Of a stretch of DNA of 64,000 nucleotides, positions 1 through 12,867 are shown piece by piece (position 1 is the first letter of the stretch; each line of letters starts with the position of its first letter). Position numbers and translations under genes: made by a program. Source of the DNA: Neodothiora populina (lineage: Eukaryota); the NCBI RefSeq assembly GCF_041146345.1, contig NW_027191405.1, positions 1,736,001 to 1,800,000 of the forward strand. Direction: 5' to 3'. The notes beneath the pieces were generated by a model. It saw only the letters and a program-made list of their open reading frames with translations, did no database searches and was not told the DNA's origin.

Positions 1-164
1 TGATCTATATGAGGCCACACCCTCGAGGCTGAAGCTCGATGTGAATCGTAGATTAAGTCAGGTTGGTGAGCTTTTCTGATTATCATAGTGCACCTCTCCA
101 TCACTGCTCTTGCTTCCTTTCTTGATAGACACGCAATATCAGCTGGCTTGAATCTAGCACAATC

Positions 165-1158
165 ATGAATCGGCACTCATCGAGCTATGCGTGTGCATGC
201 TCCCCACATGTCCCACACAAACACCACTCTGTGTCACATGCGACCAGCAGTGCTTTCAGTGCCAGTGCAAACCCGGACGAAGACTGGACTAAGATATCTG
301 ACCTCGCGGAAAGACGTAGAATACAGAACAGAATCGCCCAAAGAAATTACAGTAAGTGTGGTGGTGGTTTCCATTCAGCACATTAGCTTACCTCGTACAA
401 GGAAAGAAACTCAAGAGGCGCCTAGAGGATCTCGAACGGAGGGCGGCGTCCTCGTCCACTTCGCCATCTCCCGAACAAAAATATACACAGCTCGACCGAT
501 CGGCTCTAGATCGCAGTGAGACACCGAGCAGAGCAGACACTTCCCGCAACTCTATAGAGCAGCCTTATAGCAATCCTCAAAGGCCCGAGTATCTGCTACC
601 ATTGCAGCAAGGTCCAGTCGACGACAAGGGAATGTTCTCTTATCAACATACTCGTCAACTTTCCACATCTCCTCCGCCACTCATCTCCTACCAACCTCTG
701 TCTTCCTCTGTGGACCGAACAGGGTCTTACTTCCCAGACTCACGGAAGCAGAATTATTTTACCATTCCCATCTCAACCTCGGACACATCATATCTTGCAG
801 GATCCGGTCATGCCTACGCTAATCACCCATCGAGTCAACCACCCTCGACTGTCAAGCAAGAATACTACGAGGAAGACGATGTGAACCCTTTCAGCCTGAG
901 CTATGCCTCTATGGCAGGAGTCGATGTTCCGAACACATATAGCTACCACACACCTATGGCTCTCGTAGGCAGACCCATGTATTGAGCCGTGTAGGACATG
1001 GCGCTAATGTCGTGCGACAGACGCCAGCCTTGTCCGACAGCTACGAGTATTCCAATACCGGTTCGCCCTTGGAGTATAGCCATCCGCTATCTCCTGGGAT
1101 GCCGTTGACTCCGCCATCGCAGACGTATGAATCATACAGAACCTTCGAAAAGCTGTGA
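165..1158 (+). CDS. bZIP transcription factor (3 exons: 165-351, 402-964, 1021-1158)
   Basis: Splicing out 352-401 (GT..AAG) gives the basic region plus zipper DWTKISDLAERRRIQNRIAQRNYRKKLKRRLEDLERRA. The second intron 965-1020 (GTAGGC..GCTAAT..CAG) keeps frame to TGA at 1156-1158. Confidence 0.9.
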
Positions 1159-1885
1159 TGGATCCGGATCGTAGCTTGGCTGATTCTTCACACAAAATCA
1201 TGATCAAGGGTGGCGGCTTGGAAAACTCTATAGCGCGGCGTTGGATTTTTTACGCTGAGCCTCGGACGTGGCGGGTTTTTTTTTCGCGCGCCAATACCAC
1301 ACATTCGCTTTTGGGAAGCATGGCGTTCCAAGGATATACCTCCTTACCATAGTTGCTGTGCACTTTAGGTACACATGCACATCCCAGTCGCATGAAGTGA
1401 AATGCTTCAGCATATTCCTCATCGAATTTGTCATTCTTACACGAGTTTCGTTACTGAATAATAGTTGAAGTAGCTCTTTAGGTACGAAATCGTAACGAGC
1501 CGCGTAGCCGGTATACGGGCCCCATTGTCTGCCTGATGTTTCGGCAAACGTACATGTGGCAGGTGCCCCAATGGATCTCGTGCTTGAGAGAACAGCCGAA
1601 ACCGTAGCAGCTCGGAAATGCAAGAGTATATGCCTGTACCCACGTGTGCCGTACGAGTACGATATGCATAGCCGCATGGGCGATGCGCCAACATGCGACC
1701 GCGCCAAGAATAAGGCGGGCAAGGCGCGCATCGATTTAGTTATCCGATACATCTGACCCCACCCCACTCTGCTCAGAACTGTTCGCTGCATGCCTTACGT
1801 ACTGAATCGACCGGAGATAACGCCACTTGATCTATTTCAACACGGACAGCGCGACAGAGCGATACTGTTCGTAGAGGTACATACG

Positions 1886-3002
1886 ATGAGTGAAACAGGG
1901 TTGGCGTTGTTCGGGGGCCTTCGGTGGGTACAGAATGGACATGATTAGAAAGACACCGCAACTAAAGCAAAGCAGTCCCTGGGACTCAAGTGATTGGACG
2001 GCTAGTGATGACAGGGTTCGAGGTGGGGAGTCGCAGGTAGGCGCAGCAGCTCCATACCCGTACCTCTTGATCGTATTGTGATAGGAAACTGACATGCCCA
2101 TTTCCAAAGTCTTATTTGGAATGCAGTGATACTGTAGGCCGTTTCCATGGAGAGCTCGATATCAAGACTCTGGGAGGTGCGGGGTTTGCGAGCCAGCGGA
2201 CTGTTGGCGAAGAGAGCACATGGAACTTGAGCGGTTTGGACGGCATCATGCTCAAGATTGCGGAGTCCGATGGTGAGTGGCTAACTTATGCGGAGCACAC
2301 ATGCACAGAGGATTTGGAGACACGACTCTTAGGCTAGAGCTACATTGTACCCGTGCAAAGCTGAGCAAGTTGTGCACCAGGCAAACGATACACTTTCATC
2401 TTGAAGGATGACCTTCTTCCGCGCAACCCGGAGAATGGTCGCGAGCAATCCACAACCTCGTATGAGTATGATTTCGAGATATCAGAGAAGGACTTTATTG
2501 GCGGAAAAGCCAAAGGAGACACTTCGATATTCGTTCCATGGCACAAGCTGAAGCCGACGTACCGAGGCAAGGTCCAAAAAGACGCACATCCGTTGAATCT
2601 CTCCTCAGTCAAGCGCATAAGTATCATGATGCGAAGGTATCGGATCCCGTGGATACAATCATTGAATACTTGCTGACCCACGATGAAGCTTCTTCGGCGA
2701 CCAGGAAGGACCTTTTTCGCTATCAATTAGATCTATCGAGGCAGTCAAATCACCCGAATTTACTCATTCGAAGTACGACATCGAGAAATCTGGGCCAATA
2801 TCTATGGAACATGAGTCGAAATGGAGCTCCAGAATCACCACGTTGAAGGTAGACAGTATTACTTTCTCAAACTCGAATGACAATTCAAGCTGATTATGCC
2901 TCGTAGCAAAGTTTGACACCCAGGAGGCTGTGTGGTCTTGCTCTGGCCATCGTCGCCATTTGCTACCTCCAAGCTTATACACCTCATTGTCTCCGTCGAT
3001 GA
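1886..3002 (+). CDS. CIA30 / NDUFAF1-like carbohydrate-binding-fold protein (6 exons)
   Basis: Spliced product LFGGLRPWDSSDWTASDDRVRGGESQSYL..GELDIKTLGGAGFASQRT..DGKRYTFILKD..PTYRGK..SIMMRSFFGDQEGPFSL carries typical CIA30 motifs. Introns: 1924-1975, 2037-2109, 2273-2380, 2637-2688, 2849-2906. The last exon is the least certain. Confidence 0.85.
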
Positions 3003-3730
3003 AATCGATGAGCTGAAAGGGAATCACGCCGTCTCCGCAATCGTGCTGCAGGCCTCAGCGGTCGCTACAAGTCTGGTGAGATGTCGCAAAGCGGCCCTCC
3101 ACTTTTGGCAGTACAACGTCAGCTGTTGACCATCTCTGGTGCGGATCACCGGACCCTTCCTCTGAGGCACCAGGAGCCATGTACGGAGCATGTTCAAGAT
3201 GAGGTTGATAAGAGTATACTACCGAACTCAGTAATGGATTGCAGGTCACTGTGATGAGTGACGTCGAACCATCATGCTCTAAGATTGTCGATGCTTGCAT
3301 TTACAATCGCTACGCAATGCGCCAGTGTGGATGACGCATGTAGGACTACTTTCGTTGTGTATAGTGCATGCGCGATGACCTCCCTCTGCATGGTCTCAAG
3401 CTCAGTGCATTACGATTGTCACAGATAAAACATTACACTTCTCGACTGCGCTGAGCATCATGCGTCCATTATCTTCGTCGAAATGAGGTCACCACAGAGC
3501 ACGTCAATAAAGTATAGGCGGTCACTTCATGCGTGCAGTCAATCAGGTGAAGCATCAAGAAAGTGGAGGTAAAGCCATAATAGTCAACTTGAGCTGCCTA
3601 TTTCTTCGCACATACCTTATTCACTCATATGCAGCCAAGAAAGAGACATTTCTTACCAGAGCTTTAATCATGATACGCAGATCTTCATGCAAAATGTCGC
3701 CATCTGCCTTTATTTATTGTGACTACTTAT

Positions 3731-3739
3731 ATGACTCAT
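3731..3739. promoter_or_regulatory. Perfect Gcn4/CpcA (AP-1-type) site ATGACTCAT
   Basis: Exact consensus about 635 bp upstream of the F-box ATG. A single site, so function is not shown. Confidence 0.3.
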
Positions 3740-4373
3740 GTAAGGTGTTATTGGCGATTTGCGAGCTCGCCCAATGAGAGTCTCGTGTTGCATGGCGTGA
3801 ACATTTGCAGTCTATTTAACGCGGCATCGGCAAAAACGTGAGGTGGAGCGGGTTGTGGTCTCCTCTGTTACGGGGGTAGGCAACGGGAGACTTCCGGTCC
3901 GAATCGAGAGGGTTTCAAGTCCCGAAGAGCAGGACTTTCGCCGAAAGTTAAGCGGTGTTTTGCCCTTAGAATGGGCGGCGAAGATCGGTTGCAACAAAAA
4001 TAGGATCTGCCGGCTACCTGTTTCGGGGAAGCGTGACGGTCAACAGAAAAAATCCATGATAAGCGTTGTTCCGCTATAACAATTCTGGTCGGAGTGCAAA
4101 GAGGGTCAAATGTGTTGAGGTGATCTCCCGTGTGTTCCGTGACGAGGGGCGGATACATACTAGTATATTCATATAATATAAATTTTCGCGACGGTTTTCA
4201 GAACTCTGTTATATAGCTTGATAGTCTACGACTTCTACTAGCTTCAAGTTTTATATAGAGATTATTTACACAAAATACACAACCAGTTATAAGCACTTCA
4301 CTTCACCCCCCACAAGCCCAACCCATTTTATCACCAAGTAGTGCCTTGTTGGCATCGATTAAGTATATAACAG

Positions 4374-5798
4374 ATGGCAGCTCATTTTCCACTCGAAATC
4401 CAACAGCATGTGTTTCAATACCTAGATCCTCGCTCCTTCAATGCATCTCGCGCAGTCTGCCGTTGGTGGAGACATGCATCCACGGACCCGGTGACTCTGG
4501 CCACTCAATTGCAACAGGTACCAATCACACCGAGTGTATCAGCGAAGACGTTAGGCTCAGAGCGACTGTTGTCATTATTCGGAGAGGCTGCGCATACTCT
4601 GATGCTGGGCATGAGAGTAACCACGCCTGGATCTCGATCGCCACTGTTTACCGAAAAGTCAATACAGGCGAAACTCTCCATTTCGAAGAACCAGAAACGT
4701 GCTGCTGCTTTGAGTGATCGTGAGATCACGCTTTGGAACCTAGAAGCTGCACAGCCCGAGGTTATCTCGCGAAGAGCTCTCAATGACCTTCGCACAGCCA
4801 TTGGTGGCGGTCCATGGTTCAAATGTGCGCCCACTACTCTTTACGAACTTGCTCTCTCGGACGATGGGACTCTGCTAGCCATAGCACTGGAGCGTACCAT
4901 TCAGATCTACGATTTGTCCGCGGAAGAGGACTCGTGGCCTTCCTCGGCGTACATCCCCTCTGCTGCAGGCCACTACATCGCTGGCCTTGCATTTCAGCAC
5001 AACAACAGTCTCCTGCGAGTCCAATTGAGCAACAAAGGCACTGTAGTCTACCTCGGAAGTCCTCAAGACTCGACTCCCAGTTTACAGCACTGGCAGGGCA
5101 AGGGGGGGCTCCGACACGCGTTTCTGGATTCAAGCAAGGTCGTTCCACGTCCATTCACCACGATTCCCCTGTCAGATGCCTTGGCGGGCATGAAGCTCCT
5201 GCGCCCACTGAACGACGGCTGGCTATTTGCCGCGCAACGGCGTCACCCCATCGCTCCTTCGTCCTGCTATTGCGTCGGCTACATCGCTACACCGACAATG
5301 CACGGTCACTTCGCCACGGCGGAGAACAGCGCCGTCATCCTCGCTGATCTGCCCAGCCCGTTTTCCTTCTCGCCGACGTCCAGGACCCGTCACGGTTACT
5401 GGGAGGACCTGTACTCTGAGTTCACCCGACAGCCGGATTTCTCGCTTTCTGCAGACGGCATCCTCTTGGCCATGTCTGCGGATTGCAGCGCGAATTCGTA
5501 TGAGAGGGATGACAGCAATGTTGCTGTGTACCGCTTGCCACGCTCAGAGCAGCTCGCGGCCAAACTTGACCAAGAGTCTTGCTCTGACTTGAAGCAGAAG
5601 GAGCAGCATCGCGTGCAGTCGTCTTCGGAGCATCAAGTGCATACCATCTCCAGATTGCCCATGAGCCTAGGCACAATCAAGGGCAGACTCCTCGGATTCC
5701 GATTCGAAGAGTCGTCATCTGCATCTGGCGGCAGGAGCTATCAACTCTGCGCAACCACGGAGACCGGCTCCAGGCATTGGTCGCTGCTGGACAGCTGA
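4374..5798 (+). CDS. F-box protein with C-terminal beta-propeller-like region
   Basis: 474-aa intronless ORF with N-terminal F-box pattern FPLEIQQHVFQYLD..SRAVCRWW and WD-like strands (ALSDDGTLLAIAL..TIQIYDL; FSLSADGILLAMS). Confidence 0.8.
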   Translation: MAAHFPLEIQQHVFQYLDPRSFNASRAVCRWWRHASTDPVTLATQLQQVPITPSVSAKTLGSERLLSLFGEAAHTLMLGMRVTTPGSRSPLFTEKSIQAKLSISKNQKRAAALSDREITLWNLEAAQPEVISRRALNDLRTAIGGGPWFKCAPTTLYELALSDDGTLLAIALERTIQIYDLSAEEDSWPSSAYIPSAAGHYIAGLAFQHNNSLLRVQLSNKGTVVYLGSPQDSTPSLQHWQGKGGLRHAFLDSSKVVPRPFTTIPLSDALAGMKLLRPLNDGWLFAAQRRHPIAPSSCYCVGYIATPTMHGHFATAENSAVILADLPSPFSFSPTSRTRHGYWEDLYSEFTRQPDFSLSADGILLAMSADCSANSYERDDSNVAVYRLPRSEQLAAKLDQESCSDLKQKEQHRVQSSSEHQVHTISRLPMSLGTIKGRLLGFRFEESSSASGGRSYQLCATTETGSRHWSLLDS

Positions 5799-6384
5799 TC
5801 AACGGTCCACGACTGCGTGGTCATGATATGACGAGCGCAGCGAAACCAAAAATTCCCCAGTGCAGCGCATTGGACGGCGACTATCTCTGCTCCTTTTTCT
5901 GTTTTACTTGCATAGCTACATGTCTTTCTTCTGTCCTATTCATGGCGTTCTTGGGGCAGCATTATAGATTGCGCGATAGATGAGATAGACCTTTTTTGCA
6001 TTTTCGATACCCATAGACTGTCTTATAGATATTGTTTACATGAAACTCGCATATACCAATTTCTTTCGATTAAAGACCAATTCGTGAGTGATGCCAATAA
6101 TTGCGTCGTCAAGGAGCGCTTTCATTATTGTTGTATTGTCCCAGAGTTGGAACAAGTTCGACACGGCGGCTATCGATAGTGTAGATGTATCCCTTTTGAA
6201 TACGTACCTTAGGATTGCGAAGGAATAAAAGTAGCGGTTCTAGTAGAGTTGGCAGCTTCTAGCGTTAGCCGCTTCCAGCCTACAGTACCTTAAGCTTGCT
6301 TGTAACCTGAAACAAATACTCCAAGCTCTTCTTTCCAGACCTCCTCTCCTACATTCACTGACGTCTTACAAGATCTAGATCATA

Positions 6385-7133
6385 ATGACAGCAGCGCTAA
6401 TACTTGGTTCCACTGGCGCAGTCGGCTCCCAAATCCTCACCACCCTCCTGTCCTCCACCACTTGCACGTCCATCATAACCACCTCCCGTCGCGCTCCGCC
6501 GACGCAAGATTCCAAACTTCATCCTATCATTAAAGCGGACTCAGCAGAATGGAGCCCACTGATTGCCACGCTGTCCCCAATTCCTTCAGTAGCTTTTAAC
6601 GCTGTCGGAACCACCTTCAGCAGCGCTGGCTCAGTCGTCGCCCAATGGGCCATCGACCATGATTTATGCATAGAAAACGCAAAAGCGGCCAAAGCAGCAG
6701 GTGTCAAGACGTATGTATATTGCTCGAGCGCGGGGACAAGCGGGGCATGGAGCCCGTTTGCGCTGACGCCGTATGCGAAAATGAAGAGGGGTGTGGAGAC
6801 ACAGATCAAAGGTCTGGACTTCGAAAACGCGATTATCTTGCGGCCTGGAATGATTTTAGGAAGGGAGAGTCCGAAGAATAAGTGGCTGGAAGATATCTTT
6901 CATGGAATGAAGATGTTCGGGCAGGGGTTCCAGGATAAGTGCGGTATGAGCACCTTTGCTTTGTTGAATTAGGATGGCGAAGACTAATAGTGTGGGTAGC
7001 GCAAGATCAGACAATCATCGGGAGGGCGGCGGTGGCTGCGGTGAGGACTGTGGAAGAGGGCAAAGCTCCGGCGAAGTTTTGGGTGTTAGAACAATCAGAT
7101 ATTGTAAGACTGGGTAGAGACGAGTGGAAGTAG
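6385..7133 (+). CDS. FMP52: NAD(P)-binding Rossmann protein, Fmp52/TIP30-like (intron 6944-6999)
   Basis: ILGSTGAVG glycine-rich motif, AIDHDLCIENAKAAK, YAKMK (YxxxK), ILRPGMILGRE. The spliced C-terminus reads AQDQTIIGRAAV..DIVRLGRDEWK. Confidence 0.8.
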
Positions 7134-7475
7134 TGGATTGAACGTCATCCGTGGTTTGGCTTGGTCTTCGATGTTATATTTCATGTTGTCAGAGTGGCAT
7201 AAACAGTCCATTCGATCTTCATAGCTCTTCGAATCGATTGCTCGACCGCATTCTGATATCCATATTACCATTTACAAGTGATCACATCACGCGATGCTTG
7301 TAATTGTGATCTGCTGTAATTGTCTGTCCAGTGTGACGATGTACTCTTCTGAATCTCGCGCGAGATCTCTAATGCTTTTCATTTCATCGTTATCATGCCG
7401 ATCAGATGATTCTGCAGAAAGTCTGCTTGCCCATGTCGGAAGAACAGTATTTTATTGCTGAGCACATGCATGTAT

Positions 7476-9743
7476 TCACTTGTGTGGAATACGATGCGCA
7501 GGGTCATTGCGCGCGACTGAATATCGCGAGGGAGACCGTACGCTGAATGGAGCTACTGGCTGTACGGTAGAAGGTGCTCCATGCACCGGCCTAGGTGGCG
7601 TGGCTGGCATCGGTGTCTGTTGAGAGCGCATCTGTGGATACGCAGCTTGCCCATATACAGGCTGACGGTAGATCCGTTCAGCAACACGAGGCTGTGTGTG
7701 TTGCATTGCACCAAAATCGGGATGAACCGGTCGGTCGTATAATGAAGCAGAGTAGTCGCCGGATCTTGTGAGGTCTATGAACTCCATACCGTCGTGGTGG
7801 CGTGTAAGTACCGGTGGCTGAGAGACCTTTACATTTGCTGGTGCTTGAGGATACTGTTGAGGTGCATATCGCAAATCGTCGCGTCTTTCAGGAGCATATA
7901 CATTGCTGTATCGGATTGGGTCTTCATGTCGTGGATCGACAGCAATCGTTCTGACGTGCGCTCCTGAAGGCTTATATTGAGGCGGAGTGGTTAAGTCAAT
8001 GACCGAAGAAGGGTCATAATAGGCAGGCCTTGAGACCCGGGATGAAGGTGCGTTATAGGGCTCCTCGATTGAATGTATTGCAGTATTTGCTAGCTCGCCA
8101 TGGTGATGTGTCTTCTCGGGAGTATGGACAGTACGGGTAAGTACGTCCTTGCCTCTCCGTTCTTTAGGGCTATGCGGGCCTGCTTTTAATGGTGGGTGGG
8201 GGTAGGGTACAGCCCGTCCGTTCTCATGTGGTCTAAAGCCTAACGTTGCGATATTCGGAAGCTGTGTATGTGAAGGCGCTATGTTGGCCTCTGGAGAGAG
8301 TCTGACATACTTCATACCACCTGCGTGCAAGGTGCGTGGAGCCATACCATTATCGTCGAGCGCGACAGTGATGTGGTGATCAGGAACAACACCTACCTGA
8401 GCGGGCTTGCTGCCATACTTTTCAAAACGAGCATTTTGCCATCTAGCCTGTAATGCTGCGGGTAGAAAAGTCCCTTGCGTCCGCTTGGCGGTACCAGGTG
8501 CCTTATGACGGCTTCTATTCTCGTCTAGATCCACGCGAAGGTCCTTCGGTGCAAGAGTATGCTGGACTATCTCAAGACTGGAGTCACTACCCTCATCGTT
8601 GTCTTGACTTTCTATGGCATCAGAATCGTCGCTTTCGTCGTCGATCACAATTGTCTCGCGGAGAATTTCTTCGAGCTCTTCGTCGTCCTGATCATGTTCG
8701 CCACGCCATTCGATAAGCTTTGTCAAGCACTCGTGCTCGACAGCGGTCCTCGCATCTCTCCATGATCCGACGCGCAAGAGGTGGTCATAGTCTGTGTAAG
8801 TGTGTCGTATCCTGGCGATCGTGGCGAGCTGGACTTGTCTAGATAATGATAAATCATTGGCGTTTCCAACTGTCCTTGCTCCCTAGTGAGCGGTTAGTGA
8901 GAAAGTCCAAGAATTGTACGCCACCCAGCTTCTGCTGTACGAAGCATCTCTTCGCAAACTGGGGTTGTACTTAGATCTTACCTGTTCCCATGCACGCTCG
9001 TAGATCTCTTGTAGATCCACTTCTGGTATCTTCGGGAAAAGCTCTCGGATATGCTTTTTGACTTTCATGCTCTCTTCCTGAGAGCGGTTATTAACATCAA
9101 TCAGGTCGAAACGGGACCCATATCGGGACATGGTCTTCTCGAAGCGAGTCGGCTGCTCTAGCCCTGTGATCTTTTCGAGCTTGCCATTACGCTCCCTATA
9201 TCCTAATTTGTTACATGCAGCATCAAAAATATCCGTACGAAAGTGATAGCCCACACGATAAATGTGGTGTGAAAGCTTTGATGGATCATGTGCAGCTGTG
9301 CGTGATCCGGCCTAACAGAAGAATTAGTCACCCGATAATCTCTGTTCATAGCCCGCCAGATGGGCCCAAGATCATCCTTCCAGGCACTCGATGGTTCATG
9401 ATACGCACTGATACTACAGCAACATCTGCATCCTTCAGTCTTGACATCTCTTTGCATTCCTCTGCAAGCTCCGAGAACCCAACAGGAAGATACGTATAAC
9501 CGTTCATTGGCTTCGCCGAGCCATGTATGTCCTAAGGAGTTTCAGTACTTGCACGTTACAGATTGGTGTGTTTTTCTCATATCGACGGACATGAAGTTTG
9601 AGCTTCTTTTTCTTAGCCATGATAGATTCCACCTGAACCTTGTAAGGTCTGGCTCTGTTCGTCCTCAACTTGCTCACGCTAGGCGCTCGCCCAGTCGAGG
9701 GCGCTTTCGAACCGGCACCATATCGATGACTTGCCGAGCGCAT
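7476..9743 (-). CDS. DUF2293-domain protein (about 4 exons) with long disordered C-terminus
   Basis: Exons give GYTYLPVG..ECKE, LSHHIYRVGYHF, IRELFPKIP, VQLATIARIRHTYTDYDHLLR..AR..L.EWRGE, matching the fungal DUF2293 pattern. The start ATG at 9743 is inferred. Confidence 0.75.
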
Positions 9744-10971
9744 GAACAATATCAACTATGCAATTAGTGGATAAAAGGAAAGGGCACACTTCAGCCTGCA
9801 CGTCGTGAAAGACAGGCCAGAAAAGGTGGCGACGAACAGTGACAGTTACGAAACGCTGCGCTACACGAATGGATCGAGAGTGGCAGGCTAGTGCCTGAGC
9901 AAGTACACCTTTTGCTGATTGAAGAGTATCTTTCAGGTTGGCAATGCACTAATGTGTGGCCTTGCTGTCCTACTGGACAGAGACACCGATCCGTGATAAG
10001 CCGGGAGCTGGGAAAGCCTAGGACCTACAGAGACGATCTTTTACAGCACCAAGATCACGATGGCAGGCACAGGGACACTGCGATCAGGTTGATGTGTCGT
10101 GAGAATGAGTTTCAAGGAGAAGATTGAGTGTCGTCAGAGAACAGGGCCATTTATAAAGTTGGGTGTGAAACATAAGGCTGCCCGAAGTCCAAGCGCCGAC
10201 CTCTTGGCAACAAATCTGGACTTTTCTTTAGTCTGTCGTTGCTTTTTACTACAGCCCTCCAAAGGTAGAATAAGGTGAATATATCTCTCCGATGAACGCA
10301 TGTGGAGTACAATACTGACTATAAGCATTCCCAAACTCTACGATCAATTGAACCATACATTCAGATATTCACATCCAATCGAAAGCCTTCGCTATAGCCG
10401 ATTGGACGCAACAGCCAATTGGCCCACGGCGCATAGGGCAACCCTGTCCACCATACTATCAGTCCTAATTAATGATGTGAAAGTATAAAAATAACAAGAT
10501 TAACATAATAGGACATATTCAGACTTAGCATCACTGCGTTGCTAGGAGTTTGCAAAGTTGATAGACAACAATAGACAGCAAAAGTAGACGGACAGATTAA
10601 TTCACGAGCGAACCAGTTTCCTGCGTGTTGTACCCGATTATTGTATCTGAGTACATAGCGTTGGTGTCGACTATGCTATCGTGGAGGGGCATGTGGGGAT
10701 CTAAATGGTCATGGTCCAAGCCACAACTAGAGCTCTCGGGTTAACTGTACAGTGGCCTACGAGACACTGATGCTTTCTACCATATTGACCCAGATCTCTC
10801 AATGCAATAATCATCACGAGTCTTGCAACAGAGGCGAGACGAAATGCTCGAGATGTTGAGTCAAACTTTTGTAAAGATGTGAAATACGATATGTACATAT
10901 ATAACACCAAATATCATTTCGTCCAAACGTGATTATACTGGACATATCCCCCCGTTCAAGCGTCGTTTCAT

Positions 10972-12867
10972 TTACACTCCATTGTCAGCGCAGGAGAACG
11001 CACCACCAAACGAACCTGAGTTGTATCCTTGGATGATGCTCATCACGGAAGCCTGTTTCCATGCACGTCAGTATTGAAGTTGAGAAAGAAACGCAAAGGC
11101 GAACTTACGTAGGTTCCGCCACTCAGGAACAAAAGGCCGATTCCAATAAGGATAACGTTGAAGATGAATCCAATCCAACCTCTGATTCCCCTCTTGGCCC
11201 AGAAGCCGGGGCCGTAGTCGGCGTGTCTCATGCGAAGATATGCGACGCCCCAGAAAATGAAGCCGAAGAAGCTATCGAACAAGGAGCTCATGAGGGAGAG
11301 CAGGTCGCTGAAGAAAGGAATGACTTCTGCGATGATGAAGGCCAAGACCCAGGTACAGGCGAGCAGTCCGGCCCAAGTCGCCCATCCGACGACAGTGTGG
11401 CTGCCCAAATGCCTGGTTCCTGAGAAGATTCTGAAGAACAGGAATCGGGCGGAGACGGAGGCGTAAAGAACTCCGAGAAAAATGATTGTGGGAATCATGA
11501 AGGAAAAGCTGACTTTCTTATACAGTTCGTCTCCAAGGGAACCGAAGGCAGGAGCGGTATTGTAGTTGGTTCCAGTGTAGGCGTAGATGATGGAGCCAAC
11601 AAGCGAGAAAAGAATGACCTCAGCGATAGTCACAGCCCACAGAGCCTTGGGGAAGTCCTTGGGGTTCTTCATCTCGGCGATGAAGGAAGGTAGGGTGATC
11701 TGTCCGATGAAGGTATAACTAATGTTCATAAACGCATTCATTCCTGCCACGAATGTAGTTCCTGCAGCCGGGACTGCGAGTACAAGTGGTTCGCCCAGTT
11801 TTGGGTATCCTTCCGGGTGGTCCTCAATAGCTGCGAAGATTGCGGCGAGAAGCACACTGATGAATGTGAAAAAAGCGGACGCAGTGCCGAGAAGTGCCAG
11901 TGTGTTGAATGTTCGAGGCATGGAGCAAATGAATGAAATCACAGCAACAATGGCGCTGAAACCAATGGTGCATACCGAGTGTCCAGTCATGGTGTTAAGA
12001 TACTTGGCTCCAGTCAAGCAATGAAGACCCTAATCTCAATGTCAGATGCTACTCGGTCGCATCCACGAATTACCTGACATACCTGGATGAACGTGTTGTT
12101 CAACAGGAACATCACGGCAGTAAACCACCAGGCCCATCTCTGGCCCCAGAAGAGCATCTGGCCAATATCGCAGACGTCCTTGACCTCAGGGTGACGGAGA
12201 CAAAATTCCCTACGAATACATTAGACTCCGTCACAATTGGATCACAAGCATATTGTGTTTACCAGAGAACGAGAGAGGTGTAGAGCACCAGCATGGCGAC
12301 CACAACAGTCAGAATCAGTCCAGGAACGAGGCCAAGGACCGAGTAGGAGTACGGGAACGACATGATAGCCAAGCAGATATACTCGGAGAAGAGCAATGCT
12401 GCAGTCTGTATAACGATTAATATTGGTTCTGCGACAACGCGCATGCATCAAGTACTACAGGTCTGGCCGTCGTCGAGGAGCGCATGGGGAGTCTGGTATG
12501 TATGCGGCGCATGTGGGGTACATTCGACAAGGATAGAACCAAGAGCATCACACTTGGGAAAAGGAAAACGACAAGTTCACACCTTTGGCCAACTACAAGT
12601 TCTGTACTTGATGGCATTATCTGCTTCCATCTCCATCTGTTTTCCAACAGACATGCCACTACTGCTGTCGTCCAGTTCGGCGTCTGGTACTATGGGCTTG
12701 GTGATGGGCCGGTCGATTCTGCTCATTCTTCGTGGACCTTCGAGGCTCTCGGGATCGTGAGCAGAGTAGCCGTCACCCATGATGGGCTTGTCGGTAGAGG
12801 AGGGTGATGTGCGGCCAGGCATGTCTGCGACAACGCCTGACTTCTTGTTGAAGAAGCCTATCGCCAT
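10972..12867 (-). CDS. Neutral amino acid permease, Mtr-like (Aa_trans/AAAP family), multi-exon
   Basis: IKYRTCSWPK|TAALLFSEYICLAIMSFP, many hydrophobic TM segments, FIAEMKNPKDFPKAL. The last exon ends FSCADNGV* at 10972. Confidence 0.92.

Noticed and set aside
3905..3930. GGTTTCAAGTCCC resembling a tRNA T-arm / Pol III B box (also GGTTTCGAGTCC at 14841)
   Set aside because: Has an extra base relative to the consensus, and no cloverleaf or acceptor stem could be built.
3961..3971. TGCCCTTAGA identical to a stretch of 18S rRNA
   Set aside because: Only 10-11 nt with no adjacent C/D box on the complementary strand; compatible with chance.
4155..4295. TpA-rich patch suggestive of a RIP-mutated transposon relic
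   Set aside because: Too short, with no repeat partner or TE homology visible; more simply an AT-rich promoter.
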